DNA of 64,000 nt, taken from assembly GCA_003427395.1 (NCBI GenBank), contig BFEA01000031.1:4667157-4731156 (forward strand). Direction: 5' to 3'. The position numbers and the translations under genes are program-made. The stretch is from Chara braunii. Taxonomy: Eukaryota > Plantae > Charophyceae. Numbering within the stretch: the stretch's first letter is position 1; every line of letters begins with the position of its first letter. The notes below the pieces were generated by a model. It searched no databases and was not told where the DNA came from. It worked only from the letters and a program-made list of their open reading frames with translations. Below, one piece after another: positions 40,906-54,300 of this stretch.

Positions 40906-42240
40906 CAATGCTCGACGCTGCAATGATGCAGTAGGGAGGGAAGGAGAGAAAGCAGAAAGAAACAAGCAGGTAAGCATAATAATTCGGGTCATATGTCAAA
41001 GGAGGGTGTTTGTATTATCTGTTTCAGTGTGATCGAAGGACGAGCTAGTTTTCGTTTGAATAACTTGTTGCTGAAGTAGGATCGTCAATATGTTAGGATT
41101 TTTTTGTTGACATCTAGTGGAGGGAATGCTTGGTAAAGATGGGTAGAAACGGTTAAAAAGAGGTTTCGTTCAATGTGGTTATTTGCACGGGCAAAACTAA
41201 GCTTCTGCTGGATTATAAATATTTTCAAAAGCAATGAGGTATTGTTTAGATCATTAAGTTGCGTAAATGTAGAAGTGTTAATACTAAGGGTAAACGATAT
41301 CTCATCTCTATCCTTAGGAATAAGAGTAAGCAAGTCCTGAAATCTAAATGAAATTTTAATTTTTTAATCAAACTTTTCCCCGTGGTTAAGGATTTAAGTA
41401 TGAAGCCAACTAGACTTCTGCTGAGACGCATCGTTAACACTGTTGCTAAGAATGGATATATCTTTGACTTATAGAAAAAGTTCATTGCCAGAATTTAATT
41501 TAATGATCGAAACAATCTATGAGGGGTACGTAGACTTCTTGAAAGTAAGATAAACAACTTGCTGATTCCTGTAGCATTCAGTGAGACCCAGAAACGGAAA
41601 GTCGGAAAGGTTAGAAAAAAAAAATCGCGAGTTATTGACATACTTCATAACCACAGACTTTATGACATTGTACGGTGGGAGGTTTCCACCTGCACTTGTG
41701 CAGGGGTCCCGCTTCCAAGGTTCAAAGGACATGTGCGTTGCAGAATATGGGATGATGTATGACTTTCGTCGTTTCTGCACAATGCATATAATATTCGGAG
41801 AGCACCGAATGTTGGCAGGATAGACCAATTACATCTCAGGTTATTGGAAGCCTGTTTGGCTTGGTCATTGGGCGGACGTTACTAGTTCGATTTTAGTGCA
41901 AAGGAAATGGTAGCTTGTATGAACTGCACTTTAAGTCATTCTCGTGAGTTGTCTGCAGATAAGGACTATGCGGTGGGGATATTGTACAAGAATCTATTAT
42001 TGGCACCGACTGATCGAAACTCTGGAAAACTATCGTCCGCAGATTTGGTTCTATATTCCTAAGAGTTTGCTAATACTGCTCTGAGTTGTGCTCAAGTTTG
42101 TTTCTCTCAGTTGAAGTTGGGTAATGACCCCTGTACTTCTCAACTTTTCCTTCAAATATCTCTTAAGGTCTTTAGAAGGGACGTTGGGCTCGGTTCCCAT
42201 CCGTGCTGCTTCCCCACGAACATATTGAAGCTTTGTCCCT
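40906..42240 (+). mobile_element. Decayed Penelope-like element, 3' part (continuation of 10100-11560)
   Basis: Continues the GIY-YIG frame (FNARR). Has CTCAGVPLPRFKGHVRCRI (CxC..GH) and LLLAPTDRNSGKL, resembling the start of a PLE RT (DK-like motif). Confidence 0.5.
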
Positions 42241-42633
42241 TGAAAAAAAAAAAAAAGGTGTGGTGAGCCCCTAAGTGATCATGAACTTGTCGCAAGTCCG
42301 CTCGTTGCCATGGAGCAATATAATGCCATGGATACAGAGGACCTAAATGGATCCTCGGGACAAGTTGGCATGTCTGACTTGCAACAGGCTCTGGATCACG
42401 GTTGCAAAGTTTGTATTTTACCTCGAAATCTGAACATGGGGAACATCTCCGAAAAAGATGAACATGGGGAACGTCTCAGGAGAAGATGAAGACGAGGAAA
42501 CACTAGAAATGAACGCAGACGAACAAGCGGACCACCATGCAATCTCGTGGATGAATAAACACTTGGGGGTGATTTCATTTGCCCCTAAGGACGAATCCCG
42601 CTCAATCGTTTTTTATTCGGGAAACTATGCAGG

Positions 42634-42816
42634 GTCACAAAAATGAGTAATAATTGCACTATGAGGCCATGGGCCAAGATACAGTTTCCGAATGCAGTTC
42701 GGGCAATGTATACAACCTAACTTTCTGGCAAGGTAAGGTGCTCCGAGCCAAAGTGCAATTGCAAACTGTATCTTGCCGCAATGCCCCATAGTGCAAAAAT
42801 AACTCTTTTCTGTTAC
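42634..42816. mobile_element. Small fold-back MITE-like element
   Basis: TGCACTATGAGGCCATGGGCCAAGATACAGTTT... versus ...AAACTGTATCTTGCCGCAATGCCCCATAGTGCA; imperfect ~75-bp arms. Confidence 0.55.
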
Positions 42817-44604
42817 TTTATTCTTTTTTTACCAAACACATACACGCAACCCTTTTTTTTTTTCCTTTAAAAAAAAAAAAAAACTGTTGCGAGTCGTCCA
42901 TCTCCGCGGTGGTGAGTGAACCCTCGGAATCGAGGCCTTGGCTGTGGGGCTGCTCTATTATTTGGTGGGGAGCGACCCTTGTTCGAGACCGGATCCACCG
43001 TCTCTTGGATATGGCAATTAAACACTTTGTATTGCTTTCCTCTAGTTTTAGAGGCTGTAACCTATACTTTTCCTACGTTGGAGCGCAATTTTCCCCTGGG
43101 GCTACATGCGTTACCCATCCCAGTCCGAAGCTCTCTACTTTCCACTTCAGACTGAGATGGAGGAGGGTAGGGTGACATCATGACACACGCCACCCCCCAA
43201 GGCTTTGATCTGAGCAGCTTTATTGTACAGTGTACCAGAATCCTACAGACTGGCAGATCGAAAAACGAGGTCCCTAGCAAGTGTGGCCATTGCAAAGTGG
43301 GGAGTGGTCCTGTTGGTGGACCTTCGGGGATCGACAGGTGTCAAGAGACTTTCTGGTTAATGCTAACAAGCAAGCCGGCCTCCTTCGGATGCTGTCATTA
43401 ATGGTTACCCCATTAGCAGTGCGAGTGATCGGAAGAGACATGGACATTCCACTGGGTTGCTCGCGCTAGTTCACTTGGCAGTTCGAGTCCACCGAACACC
43501 TTTGTCGGGACTGCTCGGGATTAAGAAGGGTATGAAGATGGTGAGCTCAGCACTGGGCGCAGTTGGGAGGGGAGGATGTTGTGTAAGACAAGCGTTGGGT
43601 ACTTGTGGGATTTGTCAAAGAGGACCACTCGGGGAAGAAGGGCTGGCCTTGTGACGATCTCTTACATGTAAGAGTGTCATCTTCTGCGTAGTTGTATTAA
43701 GGAGGTTGGAGAAGAGAGAGAGGTGGGAAAGGGGGGGGGTCGGGGGGGGGCAATTGCACTGATGCCCCTGTTCTTTCGGCAAAGCTGGGACCACGACGAT
43801 TGGGAGGACACTCTATAGCGAGTACGGAAAATGACGATTGACGCAGCGTTTTTTTTTGTTTTTTTTTTTTAATCACGAAACTGGGCAGGGATTTTTTGGT
43901 GCGTTTTTCTTTTTAAATTTTGAACCGACACAGGTTTTCGTAATTTCTTCTTGCAGTTAGGATTTTAATTAGGCTAGGAATTTGTGAGCATCGTAATTTT
44001 GGCTCTAACGGCGTAGGGCTCCCTACTCGTGCATGCATCAGTGCGTATTGCTCTACACCCTGCTTCCGCAACGCCTAAATTCTAATCGCAATTGTAAGCG
44101 CTTCTTTCTATTTCTTGGCGAGCGCAGACCTAACTGTAATCCTCGCTGTTCTTAATCTCTTCTCTTTCTTTTTGCCACACGAAGTTTTTTTTTGCCTCTC
44201 TCGCGTCTGTCTCATTGTTTTACAAGTGCATGACTGGATCGATGCGTGGAGTGTGGCTACATCCCCCACAACTCGGCCCCCTCGTGCACCCGAAGGCACT
44301 CCCTCCTTCTCACTTCGTCCTGCTTAAGCATAATCCGGAATTACCTCGCGCAACTAGTAACTGCTATAAAGCTCGCAAGCGCGACTAATTCACTCTCTAA
44401 TCTACACTTGGGAGTTAGCGCGATCGAGAGGATCGGCTAACAAGCAGAGACAGAAAGGTGGGTAGGGATGTGGGCGTTCCAACGAGTTGGTGCTGGGTAT
44501 GTGGGGTTGACGTGTGTCCACGAAGGACGGTGACATAAGGGCGAACTTGGCTTGCATACTCGGACCAAGCGGGGTGACAACTTCGGGTTGTTGATCGGTG
44601 TGAG

Positions 44605-44764
44605 NNNNNNNNNNNNNNNNNNNNNNNNNNNNNNNNNNNNNNNNNNNNNNNNNNNNNNNNNNNNNNNNNNNNNNNNNNNNNNNNNNNNNNNNNNNNNNNN
44701 NNNNNNNNNNNNNNNNNNNNNNNNNNNNNNNNNNNNNNNNNNNNNNNNNNNNNNNNNNNNNNNN

Positions 44765-44849
<85 letters not shown>
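44605..44849. repeat. Assembly gap followed by (GA)n
   Basis: N run, then AG repeats. Confidence 0.95.
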
Positions 44850-44856
<7 letters not shown>

Positions 44857-46812
44857 AAGATGGTGTGCTGAAAAGGGAATTGTTTTCTTCGCATCATCTG
44901 TTCAATTTGGATCTCTCGCTTTGGTGTCCTCAATTGCGACAGTTTTTTTACTTTCCTATCTTTTCTTGGATTGATGTATGAAGCATCTTTATCTCCCCCA
45001 CCTCTTCGTTTTGATTGTCTGAAGGATTGGTGATTGTAGAAACAAGGGCGCAAGAAATAAACGCCTTGCGGATGTGTGAAGATATGTATGTGAATCCGCC
45101 CACTTGTGACATAGTAATGCCCTTGTGATGATCCGACGTGTGATTCGTTGTTTCCCGCAAACCAACCGGGATCGAGGTAGATATATGTACAACGAGCCGG
45201 GCGCGGTCTGTGTATATGTCTGAGTATGGGTTGGATTTTTCTCATGCCTGAATTGCACACAATTGATATATCTGATGTATAAGAACGCAATGACCATCCG
45301 ATCTATCTGAATTGATTCGGATTCGGCGGGAACCGGTCAGGTGCATGCACATATATGAGTGATCGCTAAACGACAGTATGAGTTAAGCCCCCCTTGCCCA
45401 ACATGGATGTTCGCCTGCCATTCTGGATCATGGACCGTGCATGTTTGAGGACCCCGAGTACAGGGAATACTGGGGTAACAAACAACTCTTCCGCCGATCG
45501 AAATTACGACTTCCAATTTACTCCTGTCAAACGGAGGACGATCGGCAGTGTGCTCGGGACTTTCACCAGGCCCTTGGACGGAATTCCCGAACTCGAGATT
45601 ACCCCAACCCCCGTAATTATCAGTACCATCTTACATCGGGGTTCGTCATAATTGAAACCGACTTCCCTCCATTCTATCTCCTTCTCCCCTATCACCATCT
45701 GACGGTAGTTCCCTGGGATTCGATCACGCACTGCTGGCCCCGAAGGCCGTGTTTTGAGTGCTATCAGTACAACACCTACCGGGCGACGGGATTCGTACAA
45801 CGGACCCGCTTTGAAGCTGAGCACCGAGAACACAGTCTCTGGCTGACGCCGTTCACGTCAGACTCGCTTTTCCATCCCCGAACCTTGACACAGGAGATCT
45901 CAGTTCCAACCTGGGACTCCACCCCACTTTCCTAAAATCCTTGGCACACCCCTACTTTGCACTGTTGGGCCCCCTATCACTCCGAAAACAGGAAGTTGTG
46001 TTGGGCGTGTGGTGGGCATCACAGCCCTACATAGGCTATGTTCCCAGGACAATCATCTGATTTGGGCAGACAGGAACAGAGCCCGCTTTGATAACAGGCC
46101 ATACTCTGATGTGGAAATGAAAGGGGCAATGAAGAGTGGTCTCAGGCGAGCAACCTGATAGCTCGGGGTGGCGTAGGAGAGTTGGTTGTGGCAGGGGNTC
46201 ACGGCGCACCCGGTGGTGGTTCTTGCGGATGTGAGCCCAAGGCAATGGCTTGGACTGGGTCCACAGTACCACAGCACTCCCTGTCTGGTTTTGTGCAAGT
46301 GGCTGCAGTAGTAGAGTTGAGGTTAACAGTACATTCTAGGGGATGGTAGGCGGAGGCAAGAACTAGGGAAGGATTCGTAGCAGTAGGCTGGGGGAGCGGT
46401 AACTAGTAGGGGGACCAGCGATGTCATTCAGAGAGGGGGAGGTTAGAGAGTGTGGACTCTGTGAGGGTATAGGGGGCCATTTGGTAATTACAGACACAGT
46501 GTTCTGTTAGGAGAGGGTCAGCGTTGAAGGGACGAGGTTCCGGTGGGTAGGTTAGACCTGGGAGCCGTAATAGGCTCTGACAGTGTAGTACTTGGGGTAG
46601 GGTAGAGGTTCTGTTCTGATTGGTTACTCTTTACACCATTATTGATGGAGTTTGCAATGGCATGAGGTGGAAGTCTGATTGGTTGCATTGGTGATTGGTT
46701 GTGGTTAATGAAGCCCTCTGGGACATCCGTTAAAATTGGAGTGATTCAGAGAAGATTAGCATAGCCCCCGCACAAGGATGACACACATAAATTGAGAAAA
46801 AAGATAAGAGAA

Positions 46813-47782
46813 AACTACGGCACAGTCAGGGTTACAGTTTGTAATTGCATTTGGAACTGCGTTTTAGTAGTTTAGTCAGGGTCCGAGATTCAATTGCATT
46901 TAAAACTGCGTTTTAGCACTTTGAAACTCGGGCTGGCTTTTTCTAGCAGTTGAGTCAGGCAGATGGCCGTTTTGTTTTTTTTTTTGGTTGCGTGCCGTAA
47001 CACGCCGTGCCGCTCCGCGGCTGCGAAAAAAACAAAAAAACAAAAAAAAACAGCCCCGTGGTTGGGCCACAGCCAGATGTCTCGGCCAAAGCCCAGACTG
47101 GGCACGGCCGAGATGTCTCGGCCACACCCCTGATTGACCACGTTCGAGATGTCTCAGCCACAACCCAGATTCGCAGGTACTACTCTTCACAGGCAAACGC
47201 GAAGTCTCAAGAGTAGCCTACTCCGAAGAAGTGGGGGGCTCGGGGCAGGGATGGAGGCCAAAAACAGAAAAAAGAAAAAGATGAAATAAAAAAATAAAGA
47301 AACGAGGAACTTCGAATCCACCTAAGTCAGGAAGGCCCTCACCGCACCAGTGCTTTGAGGAATGTATCTTGCCAAGAAGTGAGGAAAATGAAACAGGTCG
47401 TTTTCCTTTTTTGTTTCTTGTGTGAGGTCCTTGTAGCGCCCTGCCAGCCAGGCAGGGCGCAGGGCGGATTCTACGCGAGGCACCTACTATGCCTCGCTTC
47501 ATTCAGTTCCAGACAAACACTGTAGCATCCTGTATAGGACCGCAATCACAACATAAGGGATGTTTTTTTTTTTTTTTTTCAATCTGTTGTTCGTGGATAG
47601 ACGAGGGCCCTGACTGAACTGCCAAATCGCAGTTTCAAGTGCACTTGAAACTTGAAACTTGGGCCCTGACTAAACTGCCAAATCGCGAGTTTCAAGTGCA
47701 CTTGAAACTTGGGCCCTGACTAAACTGCCAAATCGCAGTTTCAAGTGCAATTACAAACTGCTTTCGTGACTGCGCCGTAGTT
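46813..47782. mobile_element. Non-autonomous TIR element (~970 bp) with subterminal repeats
   Basis: ~70-bp imperfect TIR: AACTACGGCACAGTCAGGGTTACAGTTTGTAATTGCA... versus ...TGCAATTACAAACTGCTTTCGTGACTGCGCCGTAGTT. Three copies of GGGCCCTGACT.AACTGCCAAATCGC at 47605-47750. Confidence 0.75.
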
Positions 47783-49116
47783 AGCCCAAAAAAAAAAAAA
47801 ATAACATCCATATGAATGATTAGGGGGTTGTCCCCAAAAAAACAGAAAGGGTGGTCGGGGGGGCGCGTTGCGGCCGAGCGAATTAGCGTTAGAGCGCTCC
47901 GCTCCGAACCAACGTAGGCGACGAAGTTACCACACTGACTTCACGCCTGTACTTCGTCGTTACCTCCGCCATCGCCGACGGAGAACGAGAGGTCCTATTC
48001 TCTCACACATCGTGAGCTGCGACTAGGTCGACAGGATCCTCATCGAAGTAGCCGATACCCCCGCAGAAGGTCATCTCAGCGAGTGCGTTCGGTTCAAGTG
48101 GCTTTCCTTCCAAGCGCATCCATAACTTCAAGCGGGTTTACTCTGCTAGGTTAGATGGTCGATAGTGTTTGCACGGATTCACCGCAGGTAGCGGGAACAT
48201 CTCATAGACCGCCGAGGCAAGCGGTAAGATTCTCTAAGTTGGTTCCTCCCAGGGACAGGTGGGGGTCAGTGAGGGTGACTAGATGACGCTCCGTTCACTT
48301 TAAACTCTACCTCTCTATCACAGGGCCGAGACCCATTTCCTGGTGATAGAGTGGGAGGGGGACTTGATTCCACTTAGTGTGGAGATCGTGTCAGCTTTCC
48401 GCCCTCATCCCGAGGTTATTACCTCATTACCAAGTGTACTTGATGAACAAAGGGAACCGGTCTTGTAGACTATCACGGCCGTTAGTACGCGTTCGCGGGT
48501 GTAATACATTCGCGGTTACTATTGGTAGATAGCGGGGCTTGGCAGTCAAGGGAGTTTTTACCATCTAGAGGCGAAGTACAAGAAGTATCAGCAGGGAATT
48601 TTAGTCGAGAGTCTGTTTTTCGTTAATACGAGCCATAGTGAGGTAACCTATCTCGCTTGATGGACCCTGCTGCCCATCGGGGGCGATTTCACTCAGGCGA
48701 TCTCATGGGCGCGACACAATAGATAGGTATCTTCCTATTCTCAGGCCCGACTACGGTTTTTAGGTGAGATCGAAGAATTCGTGGCGGGTCGTTCCGCCCC
48801 CAGACAGTACACAGGACTACATACATCGGAAGTCTATGCCTTGGTACTCTGCAGGGTGAGCGGTCAGGTGCTTTCACACGATCCCAACCGCGGCCACCGC
48901 CTTAACCGCGCCTACTCTGCACAGGGGAGAGGGCTTCATCGGGGACTCAGCATGACAACGTACGGCATCACCTGGCGGGTCGGAATTCGGGGGTTCCGCT
49001 CCCCGGAAATACGCGCCTAGCAGGATAAGCCTACACCTGGACGGCCCAACGGACTAGATCCCTGGGACGACTCTCATTGTAACCCTGCTGGGGAAGTGAT
49101 TAGGTGCTCTCGCTGA

Positions 49117-51311
49117 GTGCATCCGCTGCCATCACTACCGATGGAAGGGGTAGCGAGTCAGAGGGAGAGGCCCCCGATCCCGCCAGCAGATTACTGGGAA
49201 GTAGAAGACAAGGTTCGTCACTCGCTTGGTCAATGTTACGACGAGGAAGTACTTCAAGTTACCCCAGATGTGGGGGAGGTGGTCAGCGACGAGAAAGGCA
49301 AGCGCTTTAAGGTTAATGGCTCCTTGGGTGAGATTAAAGAGAGGTGGCTGAAGGAACGTACGGTCATCTTCGTCTTCTAGGACGAATCAAGGAACCTAGC
49401 ACGGACTGTGAAGGAGGATCTAGTGAGAGCGTACTGAAGCATGTCCACGCCCCTGAGATGGACAAATCTCGGCCAAAACTGATGAACATGAAGTTAGATA
49501 TGGATCCGCAAGCAAGGTTTCGAGTGGAAGACTCACTGACGATTGAATCCCTTAAAGGTGAGTTGTGGAAGGTGGAGGTGGCGACTCCGAATTCCAACTG
49601 TTGTCGGAAGTGTAGGTGGTACTTCCACACTAAAGACAACTGCCCGAGGAATGCCACTGAAAATTGGCCACGTCGTCAGTGGGCTAACTCCAGGCTCCCC
49701 CGTCAAAGCTCTACACTGTCAGCGGCTTCGGCTAACGCAGCTCCTCCACCTGCAGCAACATCAATAGCCTCAAGTCAATCGGCACAAGTAAGATCAAACA
49801 GGGATGACAAAGGGATTGGGTCTCTCCATCATGGTACCGCAATGATCCGAGAAGATCACCACACTCAGGCGTACAACAGTGGGGAACAGCAGCTCCATGC
49901 AGCAGCTCCGCTTCCAGGCCCCCAATTTGCCATTCCTCCACTGAGCCGCCCAGATGTCTATCAGGCACCGTATCATACCGGCCTCTCCCACCCCCCGGCT
50001 CCCCAACCTTAGTGGTTTATGCCCCCTCAATGGCAGGGACAGTACCCTCACCTGTTTCCCCCCCCTCCTCCCATCCACCAACAAACCTGCCAACTAGTCA
50101 CGGCCGACACACACCTTGCTCCAGCATACTCAGGTGCTCAACCCCCGCCAAGTCACAACTACCATCAACCATCCTTCGCACACTTCCCAGGCCCTCTGTA
50201 CGCTGAGGACGGTAGAATGCTAGGCCAAACAGACCAGTGGCAACCCCTTTCATCAAGGCCGCTGGGACAGGGGACAGAGGTGCTTTACCGGGAGGTCGGT
50301 GGAGCCAGAGGAGTGGGCATGGAACCGCAGTACTCCGCGTTAGTCAGTACTCGAGTCAGGGAGAGTGGGCGACCAGGAGGGGAAACCTCGATAGGAAAAG
50401 TGACCGATGGGAGGGCAGAAAGATCCTTCATTTCAGCCTCCTCCAAATCGAGGGTGGTTATGGGCAGTGAGCTCGTAGGTGACGATGCAGCCAGGATTGT
50501 TACAGGTAGGGGCGAGGCGGAAGGACTGTATGCTGAAGGCTCAGAATCCTCAACAGACAGCTCAGCGGGTTCACACAGGAGGGGAGGCTCGGATACCGGG
50601 AACAAGCAGGGAGGGCAGTGCAGAGGCAACCCACTTTACCAGGGGAAGGAGATAGCTTACGAGAACAGAGATAATGTAGAGAGGAGGATAGTTCCCCTGG
50701 TATGTTCAAGAGGTAAGGACTCTGTCTTTTTCCTAGGGATGGCCGATGAGGAGGGCATGCGTTACTTGCCGTCTGAAGCAGTGGCAAAGACCCCGTCTCC
50801 GATCGAGATTGTATCCCACACGAAGAACCTTTTTGGTGACGCCTTCCCGCTGAGGATTGTCCCTAGATCAACGATGATTAACCTGGTCATTGAACTACAA
50901 GACAAGACCTACAAACTGTACTTCCCTCTAATAGATGCTAGGATCGACTCAGTCATAGCCAACTCCCTTTCCCAGGCAGGAGTCAATTGGTTTCAGTTAC
51001 ATGCAGTAAGAGAGCTGAATAGCCATGAATTAGAATCGATAGCTATCACGACTGAGATCTCTGCGTTGGTACTATTGAACGTCAATGACAAGTTGGGGAT
51101 AGCAGGAAACCTTCATTCCCAGTTCCTGGCAAACTCGCTGCTAGAAGCTTGGCGCTCGCCGTCTCAGTCCAGCAACTCAAGGTCCTCAAGGCGATCCAGT
51201 CCGATGCTGAGATCCCCGCAGCCGGAGCAGGCAAGGTGGGCGGATCAGTCCCAGTCACATGTAACCCCCCCCATCCAACATCTAGGGGATGATCAGACCC
51301 ATCATGGTTAA
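49117..51311 (+). pseudogene. LINE ORF1 (zinc knuckle, Pro/Gln-rich region), disrupted
   Basis: CRKCRWYFHTKDNCP CCHC knuckle; in-frame stop at 50010; lies directly upstream of ORF2. Confidence 0.65.
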
Positions 51312-54300
51312 GCTGACACTACCCACGTGGAACGTCAGGGGGATGGGGGACACCTCGGACAGGGAAAAAAGGAAGAGGATCAAGAGCTGGGTGGCACGGG
51401 AAAAGGTGGACTGTATCTGCGTGCAGGAATCGAAATTGAATGAGGGAAAGCTCGCAACATTGAACAACTGGTGGGAGGGACCGCAGGTCTGGTCCCTGCC
51501 TCAGGGCACAAAGGGTGGAGTAGGCTTACTCCTTCATCGGAAATGGCAACCTCAGAAGGTAGACTCAGAAGCGGATCTGTGGGGTAAGTGGGCTTGGATC
51601 AGATAAGGTCTAGGTCAATGGGACTGGGTGATCATAACGGTGTATGCCCCGTCAGAATTACACTCCCGCTGCACCTTTTTTCAGAATCTGCACGCGGTCA
51701 TTCCCGCAGCAGACCGGCTAATCCTGACAGGGGATTGGAACGTCTCTCTTGATGAAGCCTTAACTGGGGGCACGCGCACAGCAGGGAGGAAGGATGTGGG
51801 ACTGTTACTGGACCTGATACAAGACAAAGAGCTGATGGACCTGTTAAGGGCGTTAAACCCTGATGAACTGGGCTTCATCTGGTACTCGAATGTAAGGAGG
51901 GACAATGGCGAAGTATGCAGACGGCGGCTAGATTTGTTTGTGGTAAAGAGCTCCCTGGCACAGCAGGTTACGGTGATCAGGGCCATTTCCGACTCCCTCT
52001 CGGATCACAAACCAGTGTTAGCGGAGGTAGTGGTGGACTCCCTAGGTGAGAGGGGGAGAGGTTATTTTAAGTTGAATTCCCAAAACCTGGAGGAAAGGGG
52101 TCTGAGAGAGTGGGTTGCGGAGCATATGGAAGCCTGGGAATCGGCAAGACCGCATTTTCCCTCTACGGCGGAATGGTTGGAAGGGGGATTAGCCACAATC
52201 TCGGGGATGATGGACATCTCCTCACGGCTTCTAGCTAGGGAACGGAACAAAGAAGAGGAGGCTTGTAGGAAGGCAGTGGAAGCAGCGGAGAGGAGGATGG
52301 AGATTCACCCCATTTCAGAACTGGTCTGGGCCAGAGAAAGGGAAAAGCACTTGGCAAACTGGGACAAACTGCAACTGGACAAACAGGGGAGGTGGGAGGA
52401 AACTCTGAAGCTCAAGGGCATTATGGTTCAAGATCGACTCACCAAAGAAACGTTCCGCAAGCTTCTACCGAGCGCCTCCTTCCATCAGGTAGTGTAGCTG
52501 GACCATCCGTTTGATCAAACAGCTCCTCCGGCCACAGGGTCAGCAGAAATGTTGGAGTACGCAAGGCTGTACTACTCGGATATCCTCACCGCACGCAGGT
52601 GGGAGGACACTGTACACTCAGACTTGTCTTAAGAGGTGGATATGTCGAAGGACACGGAGGTGCAGTTGACTACTACGGAGAAACTAGTGCTAGACAGACC
52701 AATGACCTCAGAGGAATTGCAGCATACACTCAAGGACATGGCGAATGGCAAGTGTCCGGGTATCAACGAACTGACGGTAGAGTTCTACCGAGCATGCTGG
52801 GGGGCGTTCGCACCTGCGTTGGTGCAGGTATACAACGAGGTGCTAACAGGTGGCAATCTGGGAGAGCTGATGACGCATGGCGTCATCTCAGTGATGTTCA
52901 AGAAGGGCGACAAGGCCAATGTTAGGAACTACAGGCCAATCTCGGTTCTCAACGTGGACTACAAAATTTTAGCCAAGACGGTAGCAATCCGACTGAGGAA
53001 TATTCTCCCAAGGTTGATCGAGAGGGACCAAGGGGCGTTCGTCCAGGGTAGGTCTATTTTTGTAAATATTCTGACTGCTATTGAGTCAATCGAGGTGGTA
53101 CAGGCGGAACACAGGGATGTTGCGATTCTGCTGTTAGACATGGAGAAAGCGTACGACAGGGTAGGCTGGTCCTTCGTTCTCACTACCTTGAGAAAGATGG
53201 GTTTTGGAGAGGGTTTCTGCAGATGGGTGATCGCCCTATACACTTTCTCAACCTCGTCAGTTCTGGTTAACGGCCACCTATCCCGCCCCTTCCACCTCAC
53301 TCGTTCCCTGCGGCAAGGCTGCCCTCTCGCCCCTCTTCTCTTTGTCCTTCAGCTAGAGGTACCTCTGAACTGCATGAGGAAACATCCGCTGATTCGGGGC
53401 CTGAGACTGTCGGCGGACAGGGATTGTAGGGTGAAAGCCCTAGCGGATGATCTCTTCATTGTAACAGAAGAACACCCTCTCCTCCCTGGTGGCTGTCAAG
53501 TCAGTCCTAGTGGATTATGCACAGCTGTCGAAGGCGCAGGTAAACTGGAACAAGTCCACTTACCTCCTCCCTGCAGATTTTTCCCTCCAGGTTCAATGGG
53601 GCATGCAGCGAGTGGACCCAGCGAATGGTGAACGCTTCCTGGGGGTACTGGTTAGCACTCAGATCATGAGCTCAGCACAAGGTCTCATTTTAAAACAGAG
53701 GGTGGCAGCTAGACTTAAGGCCTGGGGACCGGCCTGGCATCTGTCTCTGTTTGGGAGGGCCCTGGCAGTTAATGTGGCCTTGTTCGCCCTGTTGTGGTTT
53801 GTAGGCGCGGTCAGAGAGGTGGCAGATACTGTGCTGTCAGTGATTAAGAGGCTGGTGTCCAGGTTTCTGTGGAAACCCCGAGCAGTGGCGGAAGGAGGGT
53901 TCCTAGTCAAGGTGGCGTGGGAGCTGATAACGTACCCCAAAGACCAAGGGGGCCTAGGCCTGATCGACCCGAAAAGGAAGAACCAGGCCCAACTCAGAGC
54001 CTGGGTTGCGAAACTGGCCATGGCCCCTCATAAAGACGATTGGATCCTATTGGCAGAAACCCTGCTGATGAGAGAGTGGCAGGTTCTCCGGCCAGAAGAC
54101 GTAAGGGGGTGCTTTTTTGTGAAATCTTTCATGAAGAAGAAACTGAAATCCGAATTCTGGGAGGCTGTGAGAAAAGCCTGGGTCGCTCACCCCCTGGACC
54201 TGCAGACCCCGCCTTGCACTAAGGAAGAAGTCTTGAGACAATGCTTGTTCGAAAACTCAAGGATATTAGCTATTGACGGCAGCGAGTTCTCTGCAGGCCC

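Noticed and set aside
45441-45935. 164-aa ORF
   Set aside because: No recognisable domain; probably repeat-derived and unsupported as a gene.
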